A DNA stretch of 64,000 nucleotides from Candidatus Omnitrophota bacterium (GCA_018830005.1 JAHJTE010000001.1:257332-321331), one strand, 5' to 3'; shown: positions 36,698 through 46,654, numbered from the stretch's first letter. The notes: a model not told the origin generated them from the letters alone. Numbers and translations are program-made.

Positions 36698-38503
36698 ATG
36701 AAAAGTTATTTGCGTCTATTACGATTTATCCGTCCTTATCGGCTGATGCTGGGCCTGGCTGTAGTATGCATGATAGCTTCAGCCCTTTTTGATGTAGCCC
36801 AGTTGTCCATGGTTGTGCCTCTTGCAGACAAGGTCTTAACAGACAAAAAAATCGTTGTTCCCAAACAATTACCAAAAGGTTTAGCCGGCTTCGTTGACTC
36901 TATAAATAATACTGAGCCTTTAAGGTTGTTGTATCTTATGGCCGTTGTTGTAGTTGTGCTTTTTATATTAAAGGGAGTATTTAATTTTATCCAATCTTAT
37001 TTAATGAGCGATATCGGTCAACGCGTGGTAAGGGATGTGCGTTCGAAGCTATATAGAAAATTGCAAGATTTATCCCTGGATTATTTTACGAGAAAAAGAA
37101 GCGGAGAGTTGATCTCCCGCATTACTAATGATGTTAAGCTGATTGAAAATGCAGCAAGTTATGGATTTACTGATTTAGTATATCAGTCGTTTCAGGTAGC
37201 AATGTTTACCTTTTTAATTTTCTATATACATTGGAAACTGGCCTTGGTCTCTTTGGTTATTTTACCTCTGGTGAGTATTCCTATTATTTTAGTCGGAAAA
37301 GTACTTAAAAGATTAAGCATACGTTCCCAGGAAAAGATGGCAGACATTAATTCCTTATTAGTTGAGACAATCTCCGGAGTACGCATTGTTAAGGCATTTT
37401 CCATGGAAGAGGCTGAGACCAATAAGTTTATGACTCATAATCAAGGTTATTATAGAATTACGATGAAGTCAATCAAGCGTATGCTGGTTCTTTCTCCTTT
37501 AACGGAGATTATCGGTGTATTTGGTGGAATCTTTGTATTTGTTTGGGCTGGTAAAGAGGTAATTGCAGGAGAATTGTCCTTTGGTGTATTTAGTCTGTTT
37601 TTAGGTTCCTTGCTCTCCATGATTCGCCCTTTTAAGAAGCTTTCGGGCGTGCATTCTTTAAACCAACAGGCAATCGCAGCCAGTAACCGCGTCTATGAGG
37701 TCTTTGATACCAAGGCCACTGTGAGTGAGAAAGAAGGAGCAATTACACTCCCACCAGTTAAAAAGAACATCATATTCGACTCCGTAAGTTTTAAATATGA
37801 GGATAATGATGTATTAAATAATATAAATCTTGAAGTTAATGTAGGTGAGGTCTTGGCCATAGTTGGGCCAAGCGGTGTTGGCAAAAGCAGTTTAGTCGAT
37901 TTAATACCAAGATTCTATGACCCGGTTAAAGGAACCATTCTAATTGATGGTGTGGATATTAAAGAAGCGACCTTAAGCTCCTTAAGGGGGCAGATGGGAC
38001 TCGTAACTCAAGAGACAATTCTATTTAACGATTCTGTGAAGGCAAATATTGCCTATGGAAACACTAATGCGGCATTCGAAGCAATAGTTAAGGCTGCAAA
38101 AAAAGCAGGGGCACACGATTTTATTATGAATATGCCTTCTGGTTATGATACATTTATCGGAGATAGAGGTTATAGATTATCTGGAGGTGAACGGCAGCGT
38201 CTGGCAATAGCCAGGGCAATATTGAAAAACCCGCCCATATTAATTCTGGATGAGGCAACTTCGCAACTTGACAGCGCTTCAGAGAAAGTGGTTCAAGAAG
38301 CGATTAACGAACTTATCGCTGGCAGAACCGTATTTGTTGTTGCTCATCGCCTTTCAACTATAAGAGGCGCTGATAAGATTATTGTTTTGGAAAAGGGTCG
38401 CATTGAAGAGATGGGCACACATCAGCAGTTAATTGCAAAGGGCGGCCTATACAAGCTATTACACGATATGCAGCAGACATTGCCAGAAGAAGGCATAGGT
38501 TAG
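36698..38503 (+). CDS. msbA: ABC transporter permease/ATPase, MsbA-like lipid A/lipid exporter
   Basis: Six-TM domain plus nucleotide-binding domain with Walker A GPSGVGKS, ABC signature LSGGERQR and Walker B ILILDEATS. Confidence 0.8.
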   Translation: MKSYLRLLRFIRPYRLMLGLAVVCMIASALFDVAQLSMVVPLADKVLTDKKIVVPKQLPKGLAGFVDSINNTEPLRLLYLMAVVVVVLFILKGVFNFIQSYLMSDIGQRVVRDVRSKLYRKLQDLSLDYFTRKRSGELISRITNDVKLIENAASYGFTDLVYQSFQVAMFTFLIFYIHWKLALVSLVILPLVSIPIILVGKVLKRLSIRSQEKMADINSLLVETISGVRIVKAFSMEEAETNKFMTHNQGYYRITMKSIKRMLVLSPLTEIIGVFGGIFVFVWAGKEVIAGELSFGVFSLFLGSLLSMIRPFKKLSGVHSLNQQAIAASNRVYEVFDTKATVSEKEGAITLPPVKKNIIFDSVSFKYEDNDVLNNINLEVNVGEVLAIVGPSGVGKSSLVDLIPRFYDPVKGTILIDGVDIKEATLSSLRGQMGLVTQETILFNDSVKANIAYGNTNAAFEAIVKAAKKAGAHDFIMNMPSGYDTFIGDRGYRLSGGERQRLAIARAILKNPPILILDEATSQLDSASEKVVQEAINELIAGRTVFVVAHRLSTIRGADKIIVLEKGRIEEMGTHQQLIAKGGLYKLLHDMQQTLPEEGIG

Positions 38504-38679
38504 CCGCATAAATCCGTCCGCTATTTGGCACCTACCAATTCTTTTTAAGGGGTCAAAACAGCTCAAAATTCGCAAAAAGATCTAATTTTTGGCTGATTTT
38601 TTTACATTTTTTGTCAATTTTTTCCAATTTTACGCTAATTTTTTGCGATTTTGCGGTAAAAAAAAAGCTTAAAAATTAC

Positions 38680-38708
38680 TTGCCACAAGTATAAATTTAA
38701 GGTATATT
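38680..38708 (+). promoter_or_regulatory. sigma70 promoter TTGCCA-N17-TATATT with an upstream A/T-rich (UP-like) tract, for the rpsB-tsf-pyrH-frr operon
   Basis: Near-consensus hexamers at optimal spacing, preceded by about 90 nt of poly-A/T. A 5' leader of about 130 nt follows and contains the hairpin gtccgtc-ttga-gacgggc at 38787-38804. Confidence 0.6.
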
Positions 38709-38841
38709 ATTGAAATTGTCTAATAATAAGGGCAGTAAGGCCCTAATTTAGCGTAAGTTAAGTTTAGTTTGACCTATAATTTATGTTGTCCGTCTTGAGA
38801 CGGGCTTCATGAGTCACGCGCGCATTAAAGGAGGAGTTAAT

Positions 38842-39708
38842 TTGGCTACAGAGTTTATGAGACAACTTTTAGAGGCAGGAGTTCATTTTGGACATCAAAC
38901 AAAGCGTTGGAATCCTAAAATGGTGAAGTTCATTTTCGCTAAACGTAACAGTATCTATGTTATAGACTTGGAGAAAACTGTTGTTTGTCTTGAAGAGGCC
39001 AAGGCCTATCTTAAAGAATTGACATCCAAAGGGGGAAGTGTTTTGTTTGTTGGTACAAAGAAGCAGGCGCAAGCAGTTATGAAGAGTGAGGCAGAGAGAA
39101 TTGGCGTTTTCTATATCACAGAACGTTGGGTTGGTGGTATGCTTACAAATTTCCATACAGTGAGAAAGTCTGTTAAGCATCTGAAGGAATTAGAAAAGAT
39201 GCAGGAAGAAGGCATTATGGCAAAGTTTTCTAAAAAAGAGATTTCTCGCTTGAGTAAAGAGATGCATAAGATGAGAAAGAATTTTTCCGGCATCATGGAT
39301 ATGAAGGAATTGCCAAAGGCCTTATTTGTCGTCGACCCTAAAAAAGAAGATACAGCTGTCAGGGAGGCTAAGCGTTTAGGAATACCGATTGTGGCAATTA
39401 TCGATACAAATGGCGACCCTGATTTTATTGATTTTCCCATTCCAGGAAATGATGATGCAATAAGATCAATAAAATTGATTGTAACCTGTATTGCCGATGC
39501 TGTTTTAGAAGGCAAGCAGGAATTCCTGGATACAAAGAAAGAAGAAGATGTTAAGGCAACCTCTGGCAAAGAAACAGAAGAGGATAGGCCGCAGGAGAAT
39601 GCGTTGATTGAAGAGGTGCCTCAGATACAGGAAGAATCTGATGAAAAGACTCCTATAAAGACTCCCAAGAGGGCAGTTAAAAAGAGTAAATCTAAGGATG
39701 TTGAATAA
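38842..39708 (+). CDS. rpsB: 30S ribosomal protein S2 (TTG start), C-terminal acidic/basic extension
   Basis: The TTG at 38842, placed 7 nt after AAAGGAGG, gives (M)[26 protein letters not shown], which matches E. coli [27 protein letters not shown]. The track's upstream extension is unlikely to be real. Confidence 0.9.
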   Translation: MATEFMRQLLEAGVHFGHQTKRWNPKMVKFIFAKRNSIYVIDLEKTVVCLEEAKAYLKELTSKGGSVLFVGTKKQAQAVMKSEAERIGVFYITERWVGGMLTNFHTVRKSVKHLKELEKMQEEGIMAKFSKKEISRLSKEMHKMRKNFSGIMDMKELPKALFVVDPKKEDTAVREAKRLGIPIVAIIDTNGDPDFIDFPIPGNDDAIRSIKLIVTCIADAVLEGKQEFLDTKKEEDVKATSGKETEEDRPQENALIEEVPQIQEESDEKTPIKTPKRAVKKSKSKDVE

Positions 39709-39734
39709 ATTAAGTTAAGGAGAGCTAGCTAGCG

Positions 39735-40262
39735 ATGGCAAACAAAGTCAATATTATAAAAGAATTAAGAGAGATCACTGCAGCTGGAATGACTGATTGT
39801 AAGAAGGCGCTTGAGAAGGCAGGCGGCAATAAAGATAAGGCATTGGATATCCTACGGCGACAGGGTTTAGATATTGCCAAGAAGAAGGCAGGCCGGACAG
39901 CAGGAGAAGGTCGAGTCGAGTCTTATGTGCATACTGGTTCTAAATTAGGCGTTTTGGTAGAAGTAAACTGTGAAACTGATTTCGTAGCAAGGAATGAAGA
40001 GTTTATTCGCTTTACTAAAGATATAGCGATGCAAATAGCAGCAACAGCCCCTACTTATGTTGATTTTGAATCTGTGTCTAGCGATTTGAAAAAGGAGATT
40101 AAAAAAGAAGAAGAAGCCGAATATCGTAAAGTCCATTGTTTACTTGAGCAGCCTTTTATCAAAGAGGCCTCAAAGACAGCCGGCGATTGTCTGGTTTCCT
40201 TGATTGCTAAGATGGGCGAGAATATTATCATAAAAAGATTTGTTCGATTTTCTATAGGTTAA
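39735..40262 (+). CDS. tsf: elongation factor Ts (short 175-aa form)
   Basis: N-terminal UBA-like [20 protein letters not shown] and a single core domain. Confidence 0.85.
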   Translation: MANKVNIIKELREITAAGMTDCKKALEKAGGNKDKALDILRRQGLDIAKKKAGRTAGEGRVESYVHTGSKLGVLVEVNCETDFVARNEEFIRFTKDIAMQIAATAPTYVDFESVSSDLKKEIKKEEEAEYRKVHCLLEQPFIKEASKTAGDCLVSLIAKMGENIIIKRFVRFSIG

Positions 40263-40264
40263 TA

Positions 40265-40984
40265 ATGAAAAAACCAGCGTTTAAACGTATAGTTTTAAAA
40301 TTAAGCGGAGAGGCATTATTAGGTCGCAGTAAGGAGCATGGTATTGATATGCATACCTGCAAGGTTATCGCTCATCAAGTAAAAGAGATTGTTCAGATGA
40401 ATGTTCAGGTAAGCCTTGTTGTGGGTGGTGGCAATATATTTCGCGGCCAGGAGAACGAAAAGTCTTTCGGCATCGAAAGAACTGTCGGGGATTATATGGG
40501 GATGTTAGCAACCTTGATTAATGGGCTGGCACTTCAGGACATATTAGAAGGTATGTCTGTTCCGACAAGAGTAATGACAGCCATAGAAATGCATCAGATT
40601 GCCGAGCCTTACATTAGACGCAGGGCTATCAGGCATCTGGAGAAGGGACGTGTGGTTATATTTGCTGCTGGAACAGGCAACCCCTATTTTACAACCGATA
40701 CAACGAGCGCTTTGCGCGCCATGGAGATAAAGGCTGACGTAATTTTGAAAGCGACGCGAGTCGATGGCGTATATTCTGCTGATCCGCTCAAAGATAAGTC
40801 TGCTAAAAAATTTTTCCGGCTTTCCTACCTTAGCCTTTTAAAGAAAGGATTAAAGATTATGGATGCTACAGCAATAAGTCTGTGTATGGATAACGGCTTG
40901 CCTATAATCATTTTTAATCTTTTAAAATCCGGCAATATAAAGAAAGCGGTCTTAGGAGAAAAGATCGGCACTATAATCCACTAA
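40265..40984 (+). CDS. pyrH: UMP kinase
   Basis: Contains [11 protein letters not shown] and [10 protein letters not shown] motifs. Confidence 0.9.
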   Translation: MKKPAFKRIVLKLSGEALLGRSKEHGIDMHTCKVIAHQVKEIVQMNVQVSLVVGGGNIFRGQENEKSFGIERTVGDYMGMLATLINGLALQDILEGMSVPTRVMTAIEMHQIAEPYIRRRAIRHLEKGRVVIFAAGTGNPYFTTDTTSALRAMEIKADVILKATRVDGVYSADPLKDKSAKKFFRLSYLSLLKKGLKIMDATAISLCMDNGLPIIIFNLLKSGNIKKAVLGEKIGTIIH

Positions 40985-41033
40985 AAGACTGCTCGCTAAA
41001 ATATCTTAATTTTAAGCTAAGAGGGTATTTGCG

Positions 41034-41594
41034 ATGGAAGTAAAAACTATTTTACGTGAAACCGAAGACAAAATGAAGAAGACAATTGAGTCTGTGCAGC
41101 GAGAGTTTGCTCATATAAGGACAGGAAGGGCGCATTCTAGTATAGTTGAGGGGATACATGTAGATTATTATGGAGCCCCGACTCTGATAAAGCAGATCGC
41201 CTCTATTTCCGTTCCTGATGCAAGGCTTCTGGTAATACAGCCCTGGGATGTTTCTGCTATTGCTGAGATTGAAAAGGCAATTATTAAGGCAAATTTAGGA
41301 CTCAACCCTACTAATGACGGAAAGATTATCCGTTTGAGCATTCCTCAGTTGTCCAGGGAAAGAAGAGATGAACTGGCCAAGATGGTAAAAGATATGGCAG
41401 AGGACGGAAGAGTATCTTTACGTACGATTAGACGCGATGCAGTTGAGATAGTTAGACACTTGGAAAAAGACTCCAAGATTACTGAGGATGAGCGCTTTAG
41501 GACCCAAGATAATATTCAGAAGATCACCGATAGATGTATTAGTAAGGTTGATGAAATTCTCAAGAACAAAGAGAAGGAGCTAGTAGAGTTTTAA
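41034..41594 (+). CDS. frr: ribosome recycling factor
   Basis: 186 aa; conserved RRF sequence (IRTGRA..., LSIPQLSRERR). Confidence 0.9.
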   Translation: MEVKTILRETEDKMKKTIESVQREFAHIRTGRAHSSIVEGIHVDYYGAPTLIKQIASISVPDARLLVIQPWDVSAIAEIEKAIIKANLGLNPTNDGKIIRLSIPQLSRERRDELAKMVKDMAEDGRVSLRTIRRDAVEIVRHLEKDSKITEDERFRTQDNIQKITDRCISKVDEILKNKEKELVEF

Positions 41595-41792
41595 ATTAGA
41601 AAAGTATTATTAGGTAACAGTCCTGCAGAGTCTTTCCTGTAAGATAACATAACGATTTTATAGGGCAGGTCGCGTGGGACTGTTTCTTATGTTTGGACTA
41701 TTAGAAATCATAATACTGATTTTTGTTGAATTAATATAAAAAATAGTGAGATCTTAATTTCGTTCGTTGATAATAAAATAAAGAATAACTAT

Positions 41793-41865
41793 GGGCCACT
41801 AGCTCATCCGGTAGAGCACCGCTCTTTTAAGGCGGGTGTGCCGCGTTCAAGTCGCGGGTGGCCCA
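41793..41865 (+). tRNA. tRNA-Lys (anticodon TTT)
   Basis: Cloverleaf folded by hand: acceptor gggccac/gtggccc, anticodon loop cuUUUaa, T-loop ttcaagt; 73 nt; CCA not encoded. Confidence 0.85.
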
Positions 41866-41872
41866 AGTTTGC

Positions 41873-41954
41873 GCGGATGTGGTGGAATTGGCAGACACGT
41901 ATGGCTTAGGACCATATGGGGTAACCCATGGGGGTTCAAGTCCCTCCATCCGCA
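41873..41954 (+). tRNA. tRNA-Leu (anticodon TAG), long variable arm
   Basis: Acceptor gcggatg/catccgc, anticodon loop cuUAGga, variable arm about 14 nt, T-loop ttcaagt; 82 nt. Confidence 0.8.
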
Positions 41955-41971
41955 TAAATTGCGAGCGACAT

Positions 41972-42047
41972 GCGAGGGTAGCTCAGCTGGTAGAGCTTCT
42001 CGTTGCCAACGAGAAGGTCGCGGGTTCAAACCCCGTCCCTCGCTCCA
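41972..42047 (+). tRNA. tRNA-Gly (anticodon GCC), CCA encoded
   Basis: Acceptor gcgaggg/ccctcgc, anticodon loop uuGCCaa, T-loop ttcaaac, discriminator U followed by genomic CCA. Confidence 0.85.
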
Positions 42048-42105
42048 AGATTTTCCTAATAATAATTTGTAACTAAATTAATACTTAATTAGACGGAGGC
42101 TTTTG

Positions 42106-42576
42106 ATGAAAGTGATGGATTTTTTACCCAAGAAGGCAATCAGTTCAAATCTCAAAGGAAGTAATAAAGACGAGGTTATTTCAGAGCTACTTGATTTATT
42201 GATTTCTGCAGGAGAGGTCGATAAAAAAAACAAGGCTAAAATAATTAATATACTTCTTGCGCGGGAGTCGCTTGGTTCTACTGCCATCGGACAGGGCATA
42301 GGAATTCCTCATGGAAAAAGCGATTGCGTAACAAAATTAGTTGCTGCATTTGGCCTATCAAGGAGCGGCGTTGATTTCGATTCATTAGACGCAGAGCCGG
42401 TGTATCTGTTTTTCCTATTGCTTGCGCCTCAAGATTCAGCTGGTCCACATCTAAAGGCCTTAGCAAGAATCTCTCGTCTTTTAAAAGACAGCTATTTTCG
42501 TGAAAAGCTGAAAGAGGCAAAGGATGAGGCTACTATATTAAAGATCATCTCTCAAGAAGACGAAAGAAAGGCCTAA
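42106..42576 (+). CDS. ptsN: PTS EIIA, fructose/nitrogen-regulatory (PtsN-like) type
   Basis: Contains GIGIPHGKSD (the active-site His of EIIA-Ntr/Fru). ATG 42106 lies 6 nt after the ribosome-binding site GACGGAGG; the track's TTG at 42103 is less likely. Confidence 0.75.
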   Translation: MKVMDFLPKKAISSNLKGSNKDEVISELLDLLISAGEVDKKNKAKIINILLARESLGSTAIGQGIGIPHGKSDCVTKLVAAFGLSRSGVDFDSLDAEPVYLFFLLLAPQDSAGPHLKALARISRLLKDSYFREKLKEAKDEATILKIISQEDERKA

Positions 42577-42577
42577 C

Positions 42578-43819
42578 ATGCTTACTAAAATAAAAAGAAT
42601 TATAAAATGGCTCTATCCTGGAATGAAGGTAAAACGCTGGATCCTCTTAACAGGAGGCGGCCTGCTTCTTTTTGGTTATGGTTGGGCAAGATTAATATTT
42701 GATGAATTCCTGGTTATCAAGTTCTTCGATGCATTTATCATCTTGGTGGGAATAGGTATGATTATTGCCGGCATTAAGAAATTGATGAAATCCTTTATTA
42801 CGGTTTTCTTGCCGGAGAGAGAAAGGGAATTGGTAGATATTATGTATCGCAAGCGGCAACTCGAGAAGGGTACTAAGATTATTGCCATCGGCGGTGGAAC
42901 CGGACTGTCAACGTTGCTGCAAGGTTTAAAAAGTTTTACTAATAATATTACTGCTATTGTTACTGTGGCTGATGATGGTGGTTCTTCTGGTCGCTTGAGA
43001 GAACAATTCGATGTATTGCCACCCGGAGATATCCGCAATTGCCTTGTTGCCTTAGCTGATGCTGAGCCTCTAATGCAGAATCTGTTTCAGTTTCGCTTTG
43101 AAGGTGACACGGAGTTTAAAGGTCACAGCTTTGGCAATATCTTTCTGACTGCTATGACTAAACTTACTGGCGGAGATTTTGAAAAGGCCATTGAGCAGTC
43201 AAGTAAGGTATTGGCTATCCGGGGTCGGGTTGTACCTGCGACTTTAGAAAGAGTGACTTTAGAAGCTAGCTACTTTGATGGCAGCAAGACTCTTGGTGAG
43301 GCAAAGATTCCCAGTAAGGGTGAGCCTATTAAACGTATTTCTTTAAGGCCTGCAATGATTAGGGCCTCAAGTAGTGCCTTAAAGGCAATTGAAGAAGCAG
43401 AGCTAATTATATTAGGTCCGGGTAGCCTCTATACAAGTGTTATACCAAATTTATTAATTCAGGATATAGTTGATAATATAATAAAGTCACACGCATTTAA
43501 GATCTATACCTGTAATGTTATGACTCAAGGAGGCGAGACAGACGGATATACTGCCTTTGACCATTTAAAGGCATTAATTAATCATACAAATAAAAAGATC
43601 GTTGATGCTTGCGTAGTGAACAATGCTAAGATCCCAGAACATTTTTTGAATAAATATAGAGAAAAGCAATCATTTCCTGTTATTGCTGATAGTCAAAAGA
43701 TTCGCGAGGCAGGATACTTGGTTGTGGAGGAAGACCTAGTTAATTTCACAGATTTTGTAAGACATGATAGTAAAAAATTGGCTAAAACCATAGTGAATAT
43801 AATTGCGAATTATGTCTAA
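42578..43819 (+). CDS. yvcK: YvcK/CofD-like gluconeogenesis-factor family protein with about 95-aa N-terminal two-TM extension
   Basis: Contains IIAIGGGTGLSTLLQGLK (the hallmark YvcK/UPF0052 motif). It is preceded by two hydrophobic helices that canonical cytoplasmic YvcK lacks. Confidence 0.8.
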   Translation: MLTKIKRIIKWLYPGMKVKRWILLTGGGLLLFGYGWARLIFDEFLVIKFFDAFIILVGIGMIIAGIKKLMKSFITVFLPERERELVDIMYRKRQLEKGTKIIAIGGGTGLSTLLQGLKSFTNNITAIVTVADDGGSSGRLREQFDVLPPGDIRNCLVALADAEPLMQNLFQFRFEGDTEFKGHSFGNIFLTAMTKLTGGDFEKAIEQSSKVLAIRGRVVPATLERVTLEASYFDGSKTLGEAKIPSKGEPIKRISLRPAMIRASSSALKAIEEAELIILGPGSLYTSVIPNLLIQDIVDNIIKSHAFKIYTCNVMTQGGETDGYTAFDHLKALINHTNKKIVDACVVNNAKIPEHFLNKYREKQSFPVIADSQKIREAGYLVVEEDLVNFTDFVRHDSKKLAKTIVNIIANYV

Positions 43820-43830
43820 AAGATAAAGCC

Positions 43831-44094
43831 ATGCACATTATCGAAAAAGAAGTCGTTATCCAGAATAAACAGGGCTTACATGCTCGGCCAGCAGCATTAT
43901 TTGTACAGCTTGCCAATAAGTTTGATTCAAATATTACTATTAAGAAGGGTGCTCAAGAGGTTAATGGAAAGTCGATCATGGGGATTCTAATGCTTGCTGC
44001 TGAAAAAGGTTCGCGTGTAGCGATAGTCGCTGAAGGTGATGATGCCGCTGAGGCAATAGAACAATTAATCGCATTGGTTAGTAAAGATGAGTAA
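43831..44094 (+). CDS. ptsH: phosphocarrier protein HPr
   Basis: Contains GLHARPAA (His15) and GKSIMGI (Ser46 region); 87 aa. Confidence 0.85.
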   Translation: MHIIEKEVVIQNKQGLHARPAALFVQLANKFDSNITIKKGAQEVNGKSIMGILMLAAEKGSRVAIVAEGDDAAEAIEQLIALVSKDE

Positions 44095-45832
44095 TTATAT
44101 TGAATTAAAAGGAATACCCGCCGCACCAGGCGTAGCAATCGGTAGAGCTTATATATTTGGTAAGCAGGAGCTCAGGGTTCTAAAGAAACCAATTGAGGCC
44201 CCGGAGGTTCCCTTAGAGATTGCCCGTTTTGAAGAGGCGTTGATTAAGACTCGAAAAGAGATTATAGATATCCAAAAGAGGATATCCAAAGATATGGGCG
44301 CTGAAGGTAGTGAGATCTTTGACGCCCATCTACTTGTTCTGGAAGATAGAATGTTGATTGACGAGGTGATTACCAGATTAAAGAAAGAGAAGGTTTGCAT
44401 TGAATATATCTTCTCCCAGGCGCTCAAAAAATACATGGATGTCTTTTCAAAGATCGAGGATGAGTATTTACGAGAGAGGATATCTGATATCAATGATGTA
44501 GGTAGACGCGTTATCCATAATCTAATGGGCAAGAAACAGAAGAGCCTAACCGATTTAGAGGAACCGGTGGTTGTTGTTGCCCACGAACTTTCTCCTTCTG
44601 ATACTGCAACAATGAACAAAAAGCACGTCATTGCCTTAATTACTGATATAGGAGGCAGGACCTCTCACACTGCTATTTTAGCTAAGAGTTTAGAGATACC
44701 TGCTGTTGTGGGATTGGAACAGGCTACTCTTGCTATAAGAGGCGATGACAGGCTTATTGTAGACGGTCGCCAAGGCGTTGTTATTGTTAATCCTACTCAG
44801 GAACATATCAGTAAATATGCCAAGGTAAAAGAAGATAACCTAAGTCGTGTTGCAACGGTGCAGGAGTTTAAGGACTTATCGCCTGTGACTCTTGATGGCA
44901 GAAAAATTATATTGGCTGCTAATATTGAGTTGCCGGAGGAGGTAGATTCTGTACTCGCTCATGGCGCTGAAGGAATAGGGCTTTATCGCACAGAGTTCTT
45001 CTATATGAATAGAAGGGACCTTCCTTCTGAAGAAGAGCATTACAACAGATATAAGGTAGTTGCCGAGAAGGTAGCCCCAAATGCAGTAATTGTTCGCACC
45101 CTTGATTTAGGAGGGGATAAATTTATATCAACATTAAAAGTTCCTCATGACATGGCGCCATTTTTAGGCTGGCGCGCAATACGTTTCTGTTTGGCTAAGC
45201 CTGAATTTTTTAAGGTACAGTTGCGCGCAGTGTTACGTGCATCTAGCCACGGTAATTTAAAATTGATGTATCCGATGATTTCCGGGGTAGAAGAATTAAA
45301 ACAGGCTAATGAACTCTTGGAAGAGTGCAAACAAGAGCTAAGAAAGGAGGAGGTCTCCTTTGATGAAGATATTGAGGTCGGGGCAATGATAGAGGTTCCT
45401 TCCGCTGCCTTAACCTGCGATATCTTGGCTAAGGAGGTAGACTTCTTTAGTATTGGGACGAATGATTTAATTCAGTATTCTCTCGCTGTAGATAGAAGCA
45501 ACGAAAAGGTCGCTTATCTTTATGAGCCTGCACATCCGGCTGTGTTACGTTTAATCAAGAGTATAATAGATGCCGGACATAAGGAAAATATCTGGGTTGG
45601 TATGTGCGGTGAGATGGCGGGTGAGCCAGCATTTGTTATTTTACTCTTGGGTTTGGGTCTTGATGAGTTTAGTGTTTCCACTGTTGCTATTCCGGAGATT
45701 AAGCGTATTATTCGTGCGGTTAGTTACAACCAGGCAAAAGAAATAGCTGATAAAGCATTAACGCTGTCTGATTCCAAAGCAGTAGAAGAATTTACTAGCA
45801 GAAAATTGAACGAGATTGTTAAATTATATTAG
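44087..45832 (+). CDS. ptsI: PTS enzyme I (phosphoenolpyruvate-protein phosphotransferase)
   Basis: Contains GGRTSHTAILA (phosphohistidine) and a PEP-utilising domain with GTNDL and CGE motifs; 581 aa. Confidence 0.9.
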   Translation: MSNYIELKGIPAAPGVAIGRAYIFGKQELRVLKKPIEAPEVPLEIARFEEALIKTRKEIIDIQKRISKDMGAEGSEIFDAHLLVLEDRMLIDEVITRLKKEKVCIEYIFSQALKKYMDVFSKIEDEYLRERISDINDVGRRVIHNLMGKKQKSLTDLEEPVVVVAHELSPSDTATMNKKHVIALITDIGGRTSHTAILAKSLEIPAVVGLEQATLAIRGDDRLIVDGRQGVVIVNPTQEHISKYAKVKEDNLSRVATVQEFKDLSPVTLDGRKIILAANIELPEEVDSVLAHGAEGIGLYRTEFFYMNRRDLPSEEEHYNRYKVVAEKVAPNAVIVRTLDLGGDKFISTLKVPHDMAPFLGWRAIRFCLAKPEFFKVQLRAVLRASSHGNLKLMYPMISGVEELKQANELLEECKQELRKEEVSFDEDIEVGAMIEVPSAALTCDILAKEVDFFSIGTNDLIQYSLAVDRSNEKVAYLYEPAHPAVLRLIKSIIDAGHKENIWVGMCGEMAGEPAFVILLLGLGLDEFSVSTVAIPEIKRIIRAVSYNQAKEIADKALTLSDSKAVEEFTSRKLNEIVKLY

Positions 45833-45844
45833 GAAAGGAGAAAA

Positions 45845-46600
45845 ATGAAGGCAATATTACTTGCAGCCGGTTATGCTACCAGGCTTTATCCTTTGACCTT
45901 AAATTTTCCCAAGGCATTGCTGCCTATTAATTGCGTGCCGGTTATTAATATTATTATCCATAAATTGGAATTGATCCCTGATATAAATGAGATTATAGTT
46001 GTGACGAATAATCGTTTTCATACTGATTTTAAGAATTGGGCTAAAGAATATCATTTCAAAAAGAAGGTAACTATCCTCAATGATAAGACAGCCTCAGATG
46101 AGGATAAATTAGGAGCCATCGCCGATCTAGGTTTTGTAATTGATAAAAAGAATATAAAAGAGGATATTGTCATTATTGGCGCTGATAATCTTTTTGATGC
46201 AAAGTTAGGAAATTTCATAAAATGGGGCAGGGAATCAAAAAAGATTTGCGTTGGACTTTTTGACTTTAAGAAAAAAACTGAGGTAACAAAATACGGTGTT
46301 GTTCGGATTGGCCGCAATAGAAAGATTACAAATTTTCAAGAGAAGCCAAGACAACCTAAGTCGACCCTGGTGGCAATGTGTCTATATTATTTTCCCAAGG
46401 GAAAGGGAAAGATTATTGATAGGTATTTGCGCTTGAGTCAGAAAAAAGATGCAGTTGGACACTATATTAGCTGGCTTGTTAAGAAGGGTTACGCCTATGG
46501 TTGGGTTTTTAACGGCAGATGGTTTGACATCGGAGATAAAAAACAGTACTTTAAAGCAAACAAGACATTCCAGACGGTAATACACCCTGATTTAATATAA
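45845..46600 (+). CDS. sugar-phosphate nucleotidyltransferase family protein
   Basis: Begins MKAILLAAGYATRLYPLT (G-x-G-t-R-L loop); 251 aa; substrate cannot be called from sequence. Confidence 0.6.
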   Translation: MKAILLAAGYATRLYPLTLNFPKALLPINCVPVINIIIHKLELIPDINEIIVVTNNRFHTDFKNWAKEYHFKKKVTILNDKTASDEDKLGAIADLGFVIDKKNIKEDIVIIGADNLFDAKLGNFIKWGRESKKICVGLFDFKKKTEVTKYGVVRIGRNRKITNFQEKPRQPKSTLVAMCLYYFPKGKGKIIDRYLRLSQKKDAVGHYISWLVKKGYAYGWVFNGRWFDIGDKKQYFKANKTFQTVIHPDLI

Positions 46601-46654
46601 TATTTACACAGATACTTACTTATATCTGTGTTGAAAAGAAAGGAAGGAAAAAGT

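Noticed and set aside
38768-38779. Second perfect TATAAT (38774-38779) in the rpsB leader as an alternative -10
   Set aside because: No acceptable -35 at 16-18 nt spacing (it is preceded directly by TTGACC with zero spacing) and no TG extension. The upstream TTGCCA-N17-TATATT with its UP-like tract is far stronger.
38809-38841. N-terminal extension [11 protein letters not shown] of S2 in the track ORF
   Set aside because: The AAAGGAGG ribosome-binding site lies inside the extension, and the TTG at 38842 gives an N-terminus that aligns residue-for-residue with E. coli S2.
39111-39569. Minus-strand ORFs of 100-160 aa (for example 39111-39569, 44149-44631, 46688-47074, 49636-50055, 56437-56910, 21572-21964) lying antisense to well-supported genes
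   Set aside because: Each is fully embedded opposite a plus-strand gene with clear family-level conservation (rpsB, ptsI, metK, pfkA, leuA, methyltransferase). They are low-complexity, lack ribosome-binding sites, and are typical antisense artefacts of AT-rich coding DNA.
41770-41798. Possible promoter TTGATA-N17-TATGGG directly upstream of tRNA-Lys
   Set aside because: The -10 hexamer is poor and overlaps the first bases of the mature tRNA. The tRNAs are more likely co-transcribed with or processed from the frr transcript, or driven from an unrecognised promoter.
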